From assembly GCF_006345805.1 (NCBI RefSeq), contig NC_042997.1, positions 192,634,001 through 192,698,000 on the forward strand: DNA of 64,000 nucleotides. Reading direction: 5' to 3'. This document shows positions 13,288-26,169 of this stretch, one piece after another (the stretch's first letter is position 1; each line of letters opens with the position of its first letter). The translations under genes were made by a program, and so were the position numbers. Source of the stretch: Octopus sinensis. Lineage: Eukaryota. The notes beneath the pieces were generated by a model that ran no database searches, was not told the origin of the DNA, and saw only the letters and a program-made list of their open reading frames with translations.

Positions 13288-13580
13288 TCTTATATTATAA
13301 AAAAGAAGCGGATCTCCATCTATCTGTCTGTCTGTCTGTCTGTCTGTCCGTCCGTCACAACAACTATTAGAAGAAGGGAGACGAATCAAAATATACATCT
13401 CAATGCATTTTTAGACGGTGGGAGAAAATGTTGAGAAATACAGTGCGAGAGAGGGAGAGAGGGAGAGAGAGTGTGTGTGTATGTGTGTGTATGCGTATGT
13501 GTATGTATGTTTATGTGTGTGTGTGTGATAGATAGATATATAGTCAGACAGACAGCTAGCTAGCTAGCTAGCTAGCTAGC

Positions 13581-13643
<63 letters not shown>

Positions 13644-13827
13644 TATTGTCACCACAATAACGAGTGCGGGAATTTTTAAACGCGGAAATTTTAAGTGCAA
13701 GTCTATCAATACAACGCAATTCAGCTTCAAAAAACACCAAAAAAAGACTTTCATTACATAACGATATAAGTAGTCATTTTTATCTGGTTGTTTGTGTGTG
13801 TTTATTTCTATCTATGTGTGCGTGCGT

Positions 13828-13860
<33 letters not shown>

Positions 13861-14235
13861 CTGTATGTCTTTCGTCATAGGCAACGCAACACATACTTTA
13901 CAAAAAGACTTTCGCTATAATGACGTTGTTGTTGCGATAGAAATATAGTGAGAGATAGAAACGGAGGAGTGAAAGATAGAATTGAAATTTGTTTCAAGAA
14001 AAAAAACAGGTTGTTGTTGAGAGAGAGCAATACAATGAGGGAGAGAGAGAGTGTGTGTATGTGTGAATGTGTGTGTGTGAGTGAGTGAGTGTATGCGTAT
14101 GCGTATGTGATAGATACACTATTGTCACCATAGTAACTAATGAGACTTTCATTATATATGTCTACAATTAAAAGAAGGTACGCGCACGCTTAACAAATAT
14201 TTTTACTGGTAGAGTAGCGACGGGTAAAGACCTTG
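13288..14235 (+). mobile_element. Degenerate non-autonomous Helitron with internal microsatellites
   Basis: 5' TC + tatattataaaa + (CTGT)n(CCGT)n. The 3' end '...gtagcgacgggtaaagacCTTG' resembles the hairpin-CTAG terminus. Confidence 0.45.
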
Positions 14236-14249
14236 TTATAGATAAATTG

Positions 14250-14462
14250 TTATATTTGGGGACGGTCATTTTGCCAATAAACACACGCACTATTTATTTG
14301 ATCTTAACTTTAGCTTTATTATTAGTTTATTTGTCAGAGTGCTTTCGTCACACATTTGTGACCTCTTCAATTACTTTCTGTTTCTCGTGTCTCCTGAAAG
14401 CTAAAGTGAAGATAAAGTAAATAGTGCGTGTGTTTATTGGCAATATGGCCGTCCCCAAACTT
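14250..14462. mobile_element. Inverted-repeat PLE-like relic enclosing a decayed hammerhead (14334-14380, minus strand)
   Basis: Arms tttggggacggtcattttgccaataaacacacgcactattta / taaatagtgcgtgtgtttattggcaatatggccgtccccaaa. Inside: (u)UGAAGA g gucac aaaugu gugac GAAA gcacUC. Confidence 0.6.
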
Positions 14463-14727
14463 AACAATATCTGTTTCAACACACGATTTCACATCAAGAA
14501 TTTGCATAACAAATACATAAACGTATATATGAATTAATACAAAATTGGACAAATGAAAAAAATATAAAACTCTGCGGTTTTGAGAAGTGCCCTTCAATAT
14601 GCTAGGCTGTGGGTTTGTTTAGCTTGTACCTAAATTTGTTTAACTGTAAGTTTATTTCACTGGTACCTAAATCAGGTCCTACCTGCTTGATATGAATGAA
14701 TAAAAAATGTTCGGTAAAATCTTAGAT

Positions 14728-14864
14728 CTGTCATAAGCAAACTACGGCCTATGGGACTTTCTGACTGACACGCCTAACGAAAAATTATTTTAATTAGCGC
14801 AGCCTACGCGATGATGAGCTACGTCTTCTGCGGCCCTCTTGTCGAAAAAGGTGTCCCATGCCTG
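14728..14864. mobile_element. Small hAT (Charlie-like) MITE
   Basis: ...gcaaactacggcc...gcggccctc...aaaaaggtgtcccatgcctg, followed by ttctagat. Similar element at 54748-54883. Confidence 0.5.
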
Positions 14865-14874
14865 TTCTAGATTA

Positions 14875-15385
14875 CCGTAAATCCTCGAGTATAGTCCGCC
14901 CTTGAGTATAATACACAGGGGATTTTTAGGGGGCTGTACCTCTGAAAAACCTAAACCTTGTGTATAATATGCACCCCTTCTCTAACTTGAGTTAAAGAGG
15001 TCTATACAACGTCCTTGATTTGTAAAACTGTATACGGTAACGTCCTTTATTATTATTGTATATATAACATAATGCAAACATGTAGCTTTTTTGTGCATTT
15101 TGTTTGCAGAAAATAAAGAAATAACAGTAATAACGTTTAATAAATGTTGCTTACTGCAAGTTATGGATGATTCTTTTATGACTTCATTGCTTTCAGGCTT
15201 GGCTTAAGATATTTTCGCGCACGACATCACAAAATGCGTCTGAATAAACATTGCCGGACAGCAAATAGAGTCTCGGACATTGCTGAAAAAATAATTTTCA
15301 TTTTTAACCTCGTATATAGTACACCATAGGGATTTTGACCTTTAAATTTTGGGGGGAAATGCGGATTATACTCGAGGATTTACGG
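14875..15385. mobile_element. pogo/Tigger-type MITE
   Basis: TIRs ccgtaaatcctcgagtatagtccgc / gcggattatactcgaggatttacgg, with TA on both sides. Confidence 0.85.
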
Positions 15386-15512
15386 TAATTAACTTTCATA
15401 TCAGGAGCCGCGAAGGAAAACTGCGGACTCACTAGAGAGGTTAACAAAGGACAATAACTGTAGTAAAAGATGTTAACGCAGTATTCACGTCTCAAGCCAA
15501 AATATATTCATA

Positions 15513-15899
15513 CTAGCAGTATCGCCCGGCGTTGCTCAGGTTTGTAGGGAAATAACTATAAAGCATTTTTAGAGAGTTATAGCAAAAAAAATAGCAAAAA
15601 AATGGAAAAAAAATGATGGTAAATTTTTTTTTGAGAGTAATAAAAGGTTGAGTTGCGTCCCCTAGACAGTCTGTGTTTGTTTTTTTTTTATTCTCGACCC
15701 CATGTTGAATTATCGATTTTTTTCAGAACTGGGGGAACTTTTCAAAATTTTCGCTGCGTTAGTTTTGAATTATGACATTGGGCTATGTGTGTGTCAAGTT
15801 TCATCAGATCGGTTGAAAGCCGTGGTCAGGGTGAGGGTACGAGAGAAAACAGACACACAGAAACACGCACAGACAAACTGCCGTTTATATAGAGAGAGA
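15513..15899 (-). mobile_element. Non-autonomous Helitron
   Basis: Same TC...hairpin-CTAG termini as the 9781 copy; the internal part differs near the 3' end. Confidence 0.8.
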
Positions 15900-15937
15900 T
15901 TAACACAAAGTACACATACAAGCGCGCCCACACACAG

Positions 15938-15998
<61 letters not shown>

Positions 15999-16411
15999 AA
16001 CACATTCATATACACAAGCTGATGTTCTGTAATTAACAGGGAAATAAAGAGAGAGAGAGAGAGGTGGAGTTAGATAGAGAGCCCTTCGATTATTTTCAAC
16101 GTCGTTTGATAAGACGTTGCTAAGAGACCAAAAGAAAATTGCATATGTGTTAAACTGTTATTTATCAATCTGAATATCAACAGTTCGTGAGTATGAATAT
16201 GTATATCTAGCAACCTATCTATCTGCATGCGCGAATGTGTCTGCGCAAATCCATACACATGCGCGCATACATATTAGACACTGGATGTGTATACACCTGT
16301 ATAAGTATATACATGGTCTTATTGAAAAAGGTTATATATATTTATATGTGTGTATATTTATGTATGTAAATTTGCATATATGTGTCTATGTTAATATATA
16401 TACAGTACAAA

Positions 16412-16910
16412 GGCGGCGAGCTGGCAGAAACGTTAGCACGCCGGATGAAATGCTTAGCGGTATTTCGTCTGTCGTTACGTTGTGAGTTCAAATTCCGCCG
16501 AGGTCAACTTTGCCTTTCATCCTTTCGGGGTCGATAAATTAAGTACCAGTTACGCTCTGGGGTCGATATAATCGACTTAATACCTATGTCTGTCCTTGTT
16601 TGTCCCCTCTATGTTTAGCCCCTTGTGGGTAATAAAGAAATAGGTATTTCATCTGTTTTTACGTTCTAGGTTCAGATTCCACCGAGGTCGACTTTGCCTT
16701 TCATCCTTTTGGGGGTCGATTAAATAAGTACCAGTTACGCACTGGGGTCGATATAATCGACTTAATCCCTTTGTCTGTCCTTGTTGTCCCCTCTGTGTTT
16801 AGCCCCTTGTGGGTAGTAAAGAAATAGGTATTTCGTCTGCCGTTACGTTCTGAGTTCAAATTCCGCCGAGGTCGACTTTGCCTTTCATACTTTTGGGGTC
16901 GAAAAATTAA
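16412..16910 (+). mobile_element. SINE family A (tRNA-like head, Meta-like central domain), ~3 tandem units
   Basis: Head ggcggcgagctggcagaaacgttagc, B box gagttcaaattc, domain gcctttcatcctttcggggtcgataaattaagtaccag. The body is repeated head-to-tail. Confidence 0.9.
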
Positions 16911-17054
16911 GTAGCAATCGACCCCAGTAAATTTTCGGGGCTTGTACCTAGAGTCGAAAAGAAAATTTATACAATACAGTAAGGGGCGAGCTGACAGAAT
17001 CGTTAGCACGCCGAGTAAGATACCAGTTGAGTATTGGGGTCGATGTAATCGACT

Positions 17055-17604
17055 TGTAGTAACGTTATACAACAGTGCGCGCGCGCAACGTCATTTTCAG
17101 TGTGCGGGTGCGGAACGTCCTTCTTCAGTGTGCATGTGCGGGGTTGGAGCCTTCTGGAAAGGCAGAAGGGAAGTGCCCTCTCGGACATGCGCGAAGACTG
17201 AAGAAGGAATTGCTGATGTGGCATTAGCTGATAGGCGAGGGACAGCGTTCCCTTAACAAGGGCACAGAGAGACACGCATAGTAGCAGAACGCCTTCATAC
17301 GAGATTGTGGCAGACCTATTTTCTCCGCTGTCTCTGGACGCTAAGATTTGACCTGCTCTGTTTTGCTGCTGAACTTGTTGTAAGATTCTTACAAGTGTTA
17401 AAGTTCAGCCTTGCCCCACCAGAACCAAGTGGATACCAATATACCACCTTACTTCTTTCTGTGAATAAGAAAATAAAGAATATATATATTTTTAAGGTTG
17501 CGTTCGTGTTCCTTGACTGGTAGATTCTGGAAATTAAAGAACGGAAATTGTGTTGCACCTGAGTTGCACCCCAAAAGTGTAAGAAGCAACGAGTTCCCGT
17601 TACA
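17055..17604 (+). mobile_element. Solo LTR (550 bp) inserted in a SINE A copy
   Basis: TG...CA ends (tgtagtaacg / cgttaca), exact 4-bp TSD GACT at 17051-17054 and 17605-17608, AATAAA at ~17472, CpG-rich. Confidence 0.85.
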
Positions 17605-17898
17605 GACTTGCCCTACTCTCTCGAAATTGCTGGCCTAGTGCCAAAATTTGGAACCAATATTATCAGCTATGTAGGCGTAGGAGTGGTTGTGTGGTAAATA
17701 GCTTGAGCGCAAAGTAGAGTAGATATTTAATTCGTGACTGAATCTTCTTTTAAACCATTGCTTTGTGTAGTTTTGCCTTAACAAGGCTCTTCAGGTAATG
17801 TTTATTAATTGAACTTCAAATGTTGCTTCTGAGAAGAAGTTGTATTGGTAAACTTTACGCGAAGAGCCATGTTAGATCGAAATTGCAAATAGTATCAC

Positions 17899-18064
17899 AG
17901 GTGCAAGAGTGGCTGTGTGGTAAGTAGCTTGCTTACCAACCACTTGGTTCCGGGTTCATTCCCACTTCGTGGCACCTTGGGCAAGTGTCTTCTACAATAG
18001 CCTCGGGCCGACCAAAGCCTTGGGAGGGAATTTGGTGGACGGAAACTGAAAGACGCCTGTCGCA

Positions 18065-18136
<72 letters not shown>

Positions 18137-18372
18137 ATATGTATGTGTATATGTTTGTGTGTCTGTGTTTGTCCTCCCAACATAGCTTGACAACCGATGC
18201 TTGTGTGTTTGCGTCCCCGTAACTTAGCGGTTCAGCTTAAGAAACCGATAAAATAAGTACTAGGCTTACAAAGAATAAGTCCTGGGGTCGAGTTGCACGA
18301 CTAAATGCGGTGCTCCAGCGTGGCCACAGGCACATGACTGAAACAAGTAAAAGAGTAAAAGAATAAAAGAGC
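17899..18372 (+). mobile_element. SINE family B (tRNA head, internal TA/TG microsatellite, aagagta-type tail)
   Basis: Consensus ggcgcaggagtggctgtgtggtaagtagc...ccttgggcaagtg...gactgaaacaagtaaaagag. Other copies at ~8405-8690(+), 23685-24183(-), 27833-28232(+), 29170-29567(-), 29819-30270(+), 44795-45705(-), 52152-52620(+), 55215-55660(-), 56920-57790(+), 59955-60726(+), 61785-62000(-). Confidence 0.9.
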
Positions 18373-18690
18373 TAAATATTAAAAATTTAGTATTGTACAC
18401 CAATGAAATATTCACTCTTGCAAAAATATCCACCCTTACAAACAGCCACAACGAAAGGACAATCGCCAAATCTGACAGAAAAATTACGAGCGAATTTCCC
18501 TCAATGGATAATCTTAAAAATGAAGGTTATGCCTTGTATCCAGAATAATATAGACATGATAGCTTAAAAATAAAAATAGGATGATCACTGCGTCAATACC
18601 TTGTGTTACCACTTGTTTGTTTAATCACGATTGACTTAAGGTTAAACGCCATCAACAAACGTGACTTTTGTTACAGAGTCATACTTACAT

Positions 18691-19195
18691 GTGGAGGCGT
18701 AATGGCCCAGTGGTTAGGGCAGCGGACTCGCGGTCGTAGGATCGCGGTTTCGATCCCCAGACCGGGCATTGCAAGTGTTTATTGAACGAAAACACCTAAA
18801 GCTCTACGAGGCTCCGGCAGGAATGGTGGTGAACCCTGCCGTACACTTTCACCACAACTTTCTTTCACTCTTTCTTCCTGTTTCGTTGTACTTGTATTTC
18901 TAAGGGCCAGCCTTGTCACACTCTGTATCACGCTGAGTCTCCCTGAGAACTACGTTAAAGGTACGCGTGTCTGTGGAGTGTTCAGCCACTTGCACGTTAA
19001 TAAATAAGCTGCGTCGTCACTGGTGCCAAGCTGTATCTGCCTTTGCCTTTCCCTTGGATAACATCGGTGGCTTGGAGAGGGGGGCCGGTATGCATGGGCG
19101 ACTGCTGGTCTTCCATGAACAACCTTGCCTGGGCTTGTGCCTCGGAGGGTAACTTTCTAGGTGCAATCCCATGGTCATTCATGACCGAAGGGAGT
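18691..19195 (+). mobile_element. SINE family C (tRNA-derived head)
   Basis: ggaggcgtaatggcccagtggttagggcagcggactcgcggtcgtaggatcgcggtttcgatccccag contains A and B boxes. Relatives at ~22405-22596(-), 39420-39632(-), 46063-46309(-), 46779-47113(+), 62020-62335(-). Confidence 0.85.
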
Positions 19196-20049
19196 CACAA
19201 CAAAATACTTACATTCAGTGAAGTGGACTAACACATAGAAATCATTGGGGCATTGGCGGGTCTCGACAGTGGCGTGTCAATGAAGGCAATGACGTAATTG
19301 CGGGGTGGCTGCCTGTGCGATTGTCAAATTCATTGCCTCCTTCCGTCGCCTCCACCTCTATCACAACTACAGTTCATACTATTACTATCACCCCATTACC
19401 ATCACAACTGTCAATCTACTACTACCCTCACCGTCTTTATGCCTACTATTACTCTCACCCCAAAATGAGGAATAGTAGAAGTGTCATTGAATAGTGAGAG
19501 AGAGGGAGATTAAAGTGTGACACACTGGCACACACAAATTCGCTTTTGGCATTTATTATTATAGATATGTGCGTGTGTACGTATGTCTATGTATATAAAC
19601 ATACGTATGTACACACATATACCTTCAATATATGTTTACCTCTTGTGTTTTGCATATCTATCACAGTCCACGCTATACTACTAGGTTACGACGCTAGTGA
19701 TAGGTTCAGAACCGCCTTCCCTTCGTTTGGATGTTTGATGCCCTATCGACTTGGCCATCTGTTTTATTTTATTTATTTAATCCATTAAAAATAGCTATCG
19801 TGTCAGAATTATCTCCCTCCTCGTCAACACTTTTTCGATATGACACAATCTATTATTAGGTCGAAATAATAATACAATTATTATCGATATGAGGTAATAG
19901 ATCGCCGGAAGTAAATTAAAGACACAAAGATTTACATTTATTTCTGGACAGTACGGCGTTATAAAGGAAGTTTCAATCTCTTTATTAATTGCTTCTTATC
20001 TTATTCATCAAAAATCCTTTCTAAATCAATACTTTTGATTTAATGCAAT

Positions 20050-20080
<31 letters not shown>

Positions 20081-20562
20081 ATTCATCTAGTATTGTTATA
20101 TATTCTCTAGTTAATCATCTTTATCAATAATATTACGTATTAATTGAGTATAAGTTGTACACCATACGAATTACCTTTAAATAGAATATTAGCATATGTG
20201 TATATAAATGTGTGTGTATGTGTGTGTACACGTATATGTGTATGCATGTACATACATGCATACATAAATTCATACATACGTACATACGTATACATACATA
20301 CATAATACATTCATATATGTCTACATATGTGTGTATGCGAGTGTGTATATACATATGTATGTGTATATGTATACGTATGTATATATATACATATATATGT
20401 TTATATATATGTATATATATGTATATATATATGTACATATATATGTGTGTGAATATATATATGTATGTGTATGTGTGTGTGTGTGTGTGTGTGTGTCGTG
20501 TGTGTGTGTGTATGTGTGTGTGTGCGTGCGTGTATGTATGTATACATATATACATATATGAA

Positions 20563-20791
20563 GGCGGCGAGCTGGTAGAAACGTTAGCACGCCGGGCGAA
20601 ATTCGTAGCCGTATTTCGTCTGTCGTTACGTTCCGAGTTCAAATTCCGCCGAGGTCGACTTTGCCTTTCATCCTTTCGGGGTCGATAAATTAAGTACCAG
20701 TTGCGCACTGGGGTCGATGTAGTCGACTTAATCCCTTTGTCTGTCCTTGTTTGTCCCCTCTGTGTTTAGCCCCTTGTGGGTAGTAAAGAAA
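20563..20791 (+). mobile_element. SINE family A monomer (young, CpGs intact)
   Basis: Full head, one body unit and a taaagaaata tail. Similar monomers at 25416-25647, 55305-55532 and 62889-63108. Confidence 0.9.
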
Positions 20792-21245
20792 TATATATAT
20801 ACATACATACGGTATTAATGAACTACAGAAAAAGTATATATTTCACGCTTTTTTTAAACATACGATCGTTTCGGCAACTAATTACCCGGATTACAGACCT
20901 GCTTATTGAGATATCATATAATCTTATTAATTAGTGTCATTGAATAGTGAGGCATTATGGACTTTTAAATGGAGATTGAGAAAAATTGTTTCAATTAGAA
21001 AAGCAACATTTCTAGAAAATAGTAAATTGAAGTGTGAACACAGCACCTTACAGAGTATAAGTATATGACATTTATTTTTAAAATTTAACTTCATTTGTTT
21101 TATATTCTAAATAATTTGCAATTTCAAAAAATATATTAATTTTGCGTTTTTTAATTTGATAAATTCTACGGAATAATTTTGCGCGTTTTTTGATAAATTC
21201 TACGGAAAGAATTTAGTGCGAAAAATTTATACATTTATACACAAA

Positions 21246-21661
21246 GACCTGTTGAGGCAAGCGAAGTTGATATCGAACCTCATCCCACGACAGGCACCCA
21301 TGCCAACCCCCTTTGCTTGCGAAGACATGTTGGGGCAAGTGTGACACCCGGCAAATGCCAGGACCCCTGGACTGGTGGTACGTAAAAAGCACTATCCGAA
21401 TCGTGGCCGATGCCAGAGCCGCCTCGACTGGCACCAATCCGACCGTGGCCGTTGCCAGCCTCGCCTGGCACCTGTGCGGGTGGCATGTAAAAAGCACCCA
21501 CTACACTCTCGGAGTGGTTGGCGTTAGGAAGGGCATCCAGCTGTAGAAACATTGCCAGATAAGACTGGAGTCTGGTGCAGCCTTCTGGCTTCCCAGATCC
21601 CCGGTCGAACCGTCCAACCCATGCTGGCATGGAGAACGGACGTTAAACGATGATGATGATG
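21246..21661 (+). mobile_element. SINE family D with RTE-type 3' tail ending (GAT)n
   Basis: ggagtggttggcgttaggaagggcatccagctgtagaaac...ggacgttaaacgatgatgat. Copies at 38322-38520(+), 45068-45500(-), 59455-59620(+) and 63955-64000(+, partial). Confidence 0.8.
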
Positions 21662-22020
21662 AGAAGAAATTAATTCATTAAGTTTACCAAATTATATACG
21701 TCTGTAAAAAAAAAAAAGTTTCACAAATTATATACGTTCGCGTTTGTGTAAAAAAAATTATTAACCAAGTTTTATAAATTATTTACTTTGTTCAAAAAAT
21801 ACTATTAATATTAATTAATTTTCAAGAATTATTTAATTTATATAATTAATTCATTAATTTTATTCTGTAAAATAGTAATTAATTCATTTATCTGTAAATC
21901 CGCGAGGAAAGCGACTATGTAATTTTTTTGTGTAAAATTGAAAATGTTATATATACACACACACACATATATATTTTTAGTGAAATCCAACACCTTTTTT
22001 TTTAGGGGGGGGGGGGTTAA

Positions 22021-22135
22021 CGCGCATGCGCGAATTCTGCACTGCGCATGCGCAAGTCACCTCGTAGGATCTCGAGTATCGAGTACCTACGTCTGGCGCG
22101 CGAATTCGCGTGTGCGAAACCGGGACCACGACAAT
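22021..22135. promoter_or_regulatory. CpG-dense patch with two NRF1-type palindromes
   Basis: CGCGCATGCGCG at 22021-22032 and TGCGCATGCGCA at 22043-22054, plus cgcgaattcgcg. Could be a promoter or a transposon terminus. Confidence 0.35.
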
Positions 22136-23528
22136 AGACAAGTACCGAATAATCTCTAATTTGAGCCTACTCTAAGCTACTAAGAATGCGTGTGGCAACT
22201 TGAAGATCCACCCACCACACGCGATAGACTGACGGTTGCACGGGCGCAAAAGCTACGTTGTTATCCTCATTCCGTAAACGGTGGCTTTTAACGGATGGAG
22301 AACTGAACCATCCTGGGGTACAGAGGATTCGAAATCTAGACAAGGGTCTGAAAGTTTACCACACCATAGTAGGTTACACCATGGTTCCTCTGCTTTGTGG
22401 CAGAAGTAGGAAGAAAGAGTGAGAGAAAGTTGTGGTAAAAGAGTACAGCGGGGTTCACCACCTCCCCACGCCGGAGACTCGTGGAGTTTAGATGTTTTTG
22501 CTCAATAAACACTCACAATGCCCGGTCTGGGAATCGAAACCACGTTCTTACGACCGCGATTTCGCTGCCCTAACCACTAGGCCATTGCGCCTCCAAAGTT
22601 GTTGTTGGCTGCTGTCGTCGGTGGTTGAGTTGATGAATTAAAATATGTTTCTAGGGCTGCATGTAGAAGTAATTGAACACCCGCAAATATTTAATGGGTT
22701 TTATTATCGCACATTAAGGCAAACTGTGTTTCCTTTTTATAGATAACAACAGCATTAATTACATACTGAAAGGGAATTTATAGCAAGCTACTGATGCAGC
22801 AACATGCGGCTTGCCCAACTTTACTGGAAGTAATTGTGCTATATTCGTGGTAACGGAAGTTCTTGTCATCTATTTGTGCCATTTGTCTTAGCCGCCTCCA
22901 GGGTCGTCTGGCTGATGAAAATGCGCAACGTCTGGTGTGTGACAAGAATGGGGACACATATCGGTCTGCAATTAATTACTGCCGAAAGCGATCTTTTATA
23001 GAGCACAAGAAAACGATTCTAGAAGGTTGAATCACGCGATGGCTTGACGCTGATTTGTTTGCTTAATAGATCGGATCACACGAAATTATTGTGGTTCGGT
23101 CGTGTTATCTGACCGGTTACCATCAACTGTGACTAGAAACACGAATCGATGCTACTTTGGTATGCGATCTACGTAGCCAACAAGAGTCAAATTTTACGTT
23201 AGTTTGTGATCTACATGTTTCATTTATTTATTATGGCTCAAATAAAATATTCTTACACGGACGAATCGAACGAACGGGCGAACTGAACGAACATCAGCTA
23301 GAAAAGTCCAAAATGGAGAATTAAAATTTTTATACATTTTATGCATTTATTGTTAAAAAGAAATTAGAATGAAGCAAATTTGAAACAAGTTTACTAATTT
23401 TATCGTTAATTTATTTATTATAAAATTTATTATTTGATGCATTTATTATTAAAAAGACATTAGAATGTGGCAGATGTAAAAAAAAAGTGTAGATGGCGTA
23501 ACTGTCTTGTTTGTGATGCATTTGCGAC

Positions 23529-23571
23529 ATCGCTGAAGAGTCGCTCTAGCAACATAAGCAATTTGGACGAT
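23529..23571 (+). ncRNA. Decayed hammerhead relic
   Basis: atcg-CTGAAGA-gtcgc tcta gcaac-ataa(GAAA mutated)-gcaatttgga-cgat. Stems I and II are still visible. Confidence 0.4.
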
Positions 23572-23847
23572 CTATGTCAGTTAATAATAAAAATTCATGT
23601 CCTGTATGTGTGAATAATGTTATGTTTCATGTGTGTGTGTGTTTGCATGCATCTATGCATGTATGTATGTGTATACATATATGTTACTCTTTACTCACTT
23701 TTACTTGCTTCAGTCATTTGACTGCAGCCATGCTGGAGCACCGCCTTTAGTCGAGCAAATCGACCCCAGGACTTATTCTTTGTAAGCCTAGAACTTATTC
23801 TATTGGTCTAAACACACCAGCATCAGTTGTCAAGCGATGCTGGGGGA

Positions 23848-23883
<36 letters not shown>

Positions 23884-23905
23884 ACACACACACACATACA
23901 TATAT

Positions 23906-24004
<99 letters not shown>

Positions 24005-24247
24005 CACACACATATATACATACACACACATATATACGACGGGCTTCTTTCAGTTTCCGTCTACCAAATCCACTCACAAGGCTTTTGTAGAAGACACTTG
24101 CCCATGGTGCCACACAGTGGGAATGAACCCGGAACCAAGTGGTTCGTAAGCAAGCTACTTACCACACAGTCACTCCTGCGCCTGTGATGCTATTTGCAAT
24201 TTCGGTTCAACATGGTTCTTCGCGTAAAGTTTACCAATACAACTTCT

Positions 24248-24671
24248 GGATCTTTTCGGTTTGAACGGCAGTTTTTTAAAATAATTTCCACGTAACTAAA
24301 CACTTTTAAACTTCGTATACTGGTAGAATGTGTTTATAAAACATCTTTTTCTCTTGGCTTTATTGAGAAAATTCTATAGTTTGTAAGATATTTGTTGTTG
24401 TTTTTTCTTCAATTTCTGCAATTTCAACCAATCAATGACGTCTATTGAGGTAAAAAAAAAAACATTCTTTGCCGTATGAATATGTCCCTCGTTTAAGAAA
24501 CAGATTGGGTTTATTTACATTTGTGAAGAAAAAAAGATACCCTTCCCCCCACCCCCACCCCTAACCCTAAAGCAGATTGAAATGCAATAAATCGATACGA
24601 GGGTCATAATTATGGGTGTCAATTTCATATGACACCGCTAGAAAAAACTGCCGTTCAAACCGAAAGGATCC
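24248..24671. mobile_element. MITE with ~30-bp TIRs and 5-bp TSD, unclassified superfamily
   Basis: ggatcttttcggtttgaacggcagtttttt / aaaaaactgccgttcaaaccgaaaggatcc. TSD CTTCT is confirmed by the empty paralogous site at ~17830-17848. Internal ccctaaccctaa. Confidence 0.9.
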
Positions 24672-24892
24672 CTTCTTCTCAGAAGCAACATTTGAAGTTC
24701 AATTAATAAACATCACCTGAAGAGCCTTGTTAAGGCAAAACTAGACAAAGCAATGGTTTAAAAAAAAGATTCAGTCACGAATTAAATATCTATTCTACCT
24801 TGCGCTCAAGCATTATGTCTTCTTTTTCCTAATATTGATTTTATTCCCTTTTTGTGCGCGTATGTGAGTGTGTATTGCGTGTGTGCGTGTGT

Positions 24893-24944
<52 letters not shown>

Positions 24945-26169
24945 CAGATAAATACGTGCCAAGTACAGTGAAATTAAAAGTTGAATGGGGAAATCCATCT
25001 TGGCTTGCGTGCACGATCACGAACTGACCAGCTATCTGGTACACAGGCAAATACTCCGTCCTTAGCTATTTCACCGTTATCACGCAACCATAAAAACATT
25101 TAACAATTAAGCATTCTCGCACTCATTGTCTCGCACTCACACGTTTATGATTCAAATATTTAAGTACATAAACTGTTGTAAATAAACATATATTTACATA
25201 ATAAAATATAACTCATTTGAATAGAAATCCAGGGTGTGCAATTGAAGCAGTATTAATTTTAAAAAGCCATCTGAGTATCGTACTTAATGTAAATACATTT
25301 TTTCAAACGATTTTGTCCTAAACAAGACTCGAGGTCAGTGTAACATAAGAGACTACAAAGAAAAGAGAGAAGAGACCTACAGAGTCTAACACCGTCGATT
25401 GACAGAAAGCTTAAAGGAGGCGAGCTGGCAGAAACGTTAGCACGCCGGGCGAAATGCGTAGCCGTATTTCGTCTGCCGTTACGTTGTGAGTTCAAATTCC
25501 GCCAAGGTCGACTTTGCCTTTCATCCTTTCGGGGTCGATTAAATAAGTACCAGTTATGCACTGGGGTCGATGTAATCGACTTAATACCTTGTCTGTCCTT
25601 GTTTGTCTCCTCTACGTTTAGCCCCTTGTGGGCAATAAAGAAATAAGAAAGCTTAAAGGACTGGATTTCATAGATCACAGGAAAACAAGACACGGGTAGT
25701 GAGGTCAATGGAGCAAAAGTCATAGAAAGAAGCTATTAGAATAAAAGAACTTATAGCTAAGAAGAAACTCAACAGAGAAACGAGAAAAGAAGCAGGTAAC
25801 GCATTTAAAGATCTTGACAGTGGGTACTAGACCAGAAAGTTCATCAGAGCAATGCCTATGGAAATACAGAAAAGACACAATGAAGATGCATTTTGATGAT
25901 GAGCCAAAAACTCCAACCCAGAAGAAAGTAGAGGGTGTTATGTATTCTTTTGGTTCGTGATGGGATAATAAACAACTCACTGAAGGCACTGTTATGATTC
26001 TACGTGTTTATTTACTTGGCATGTTTACAAACTGTATTTGTACAGCGGGGGGATACACACTGTGCGTATCCGCCTTAGACACAGTTCATACTGTTTACTA
26101 GATGCGCTTAACAAAATAGTACTAATAGTGGGGATGTATTCATATATACGTATACCTACGTATACACAT

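Noticed and set aside
18691-18765. tRNA-like heads of SINE families B and C as tRNA genes
   Set aside because: They continue directly into multi-copy SINE bodies and lack proper acceptor stems.
24559-24572. CCCTAACCCTAA telomeric motif
   Set aside because: Only two units, internal to a MITE; not an interstitial telomere.
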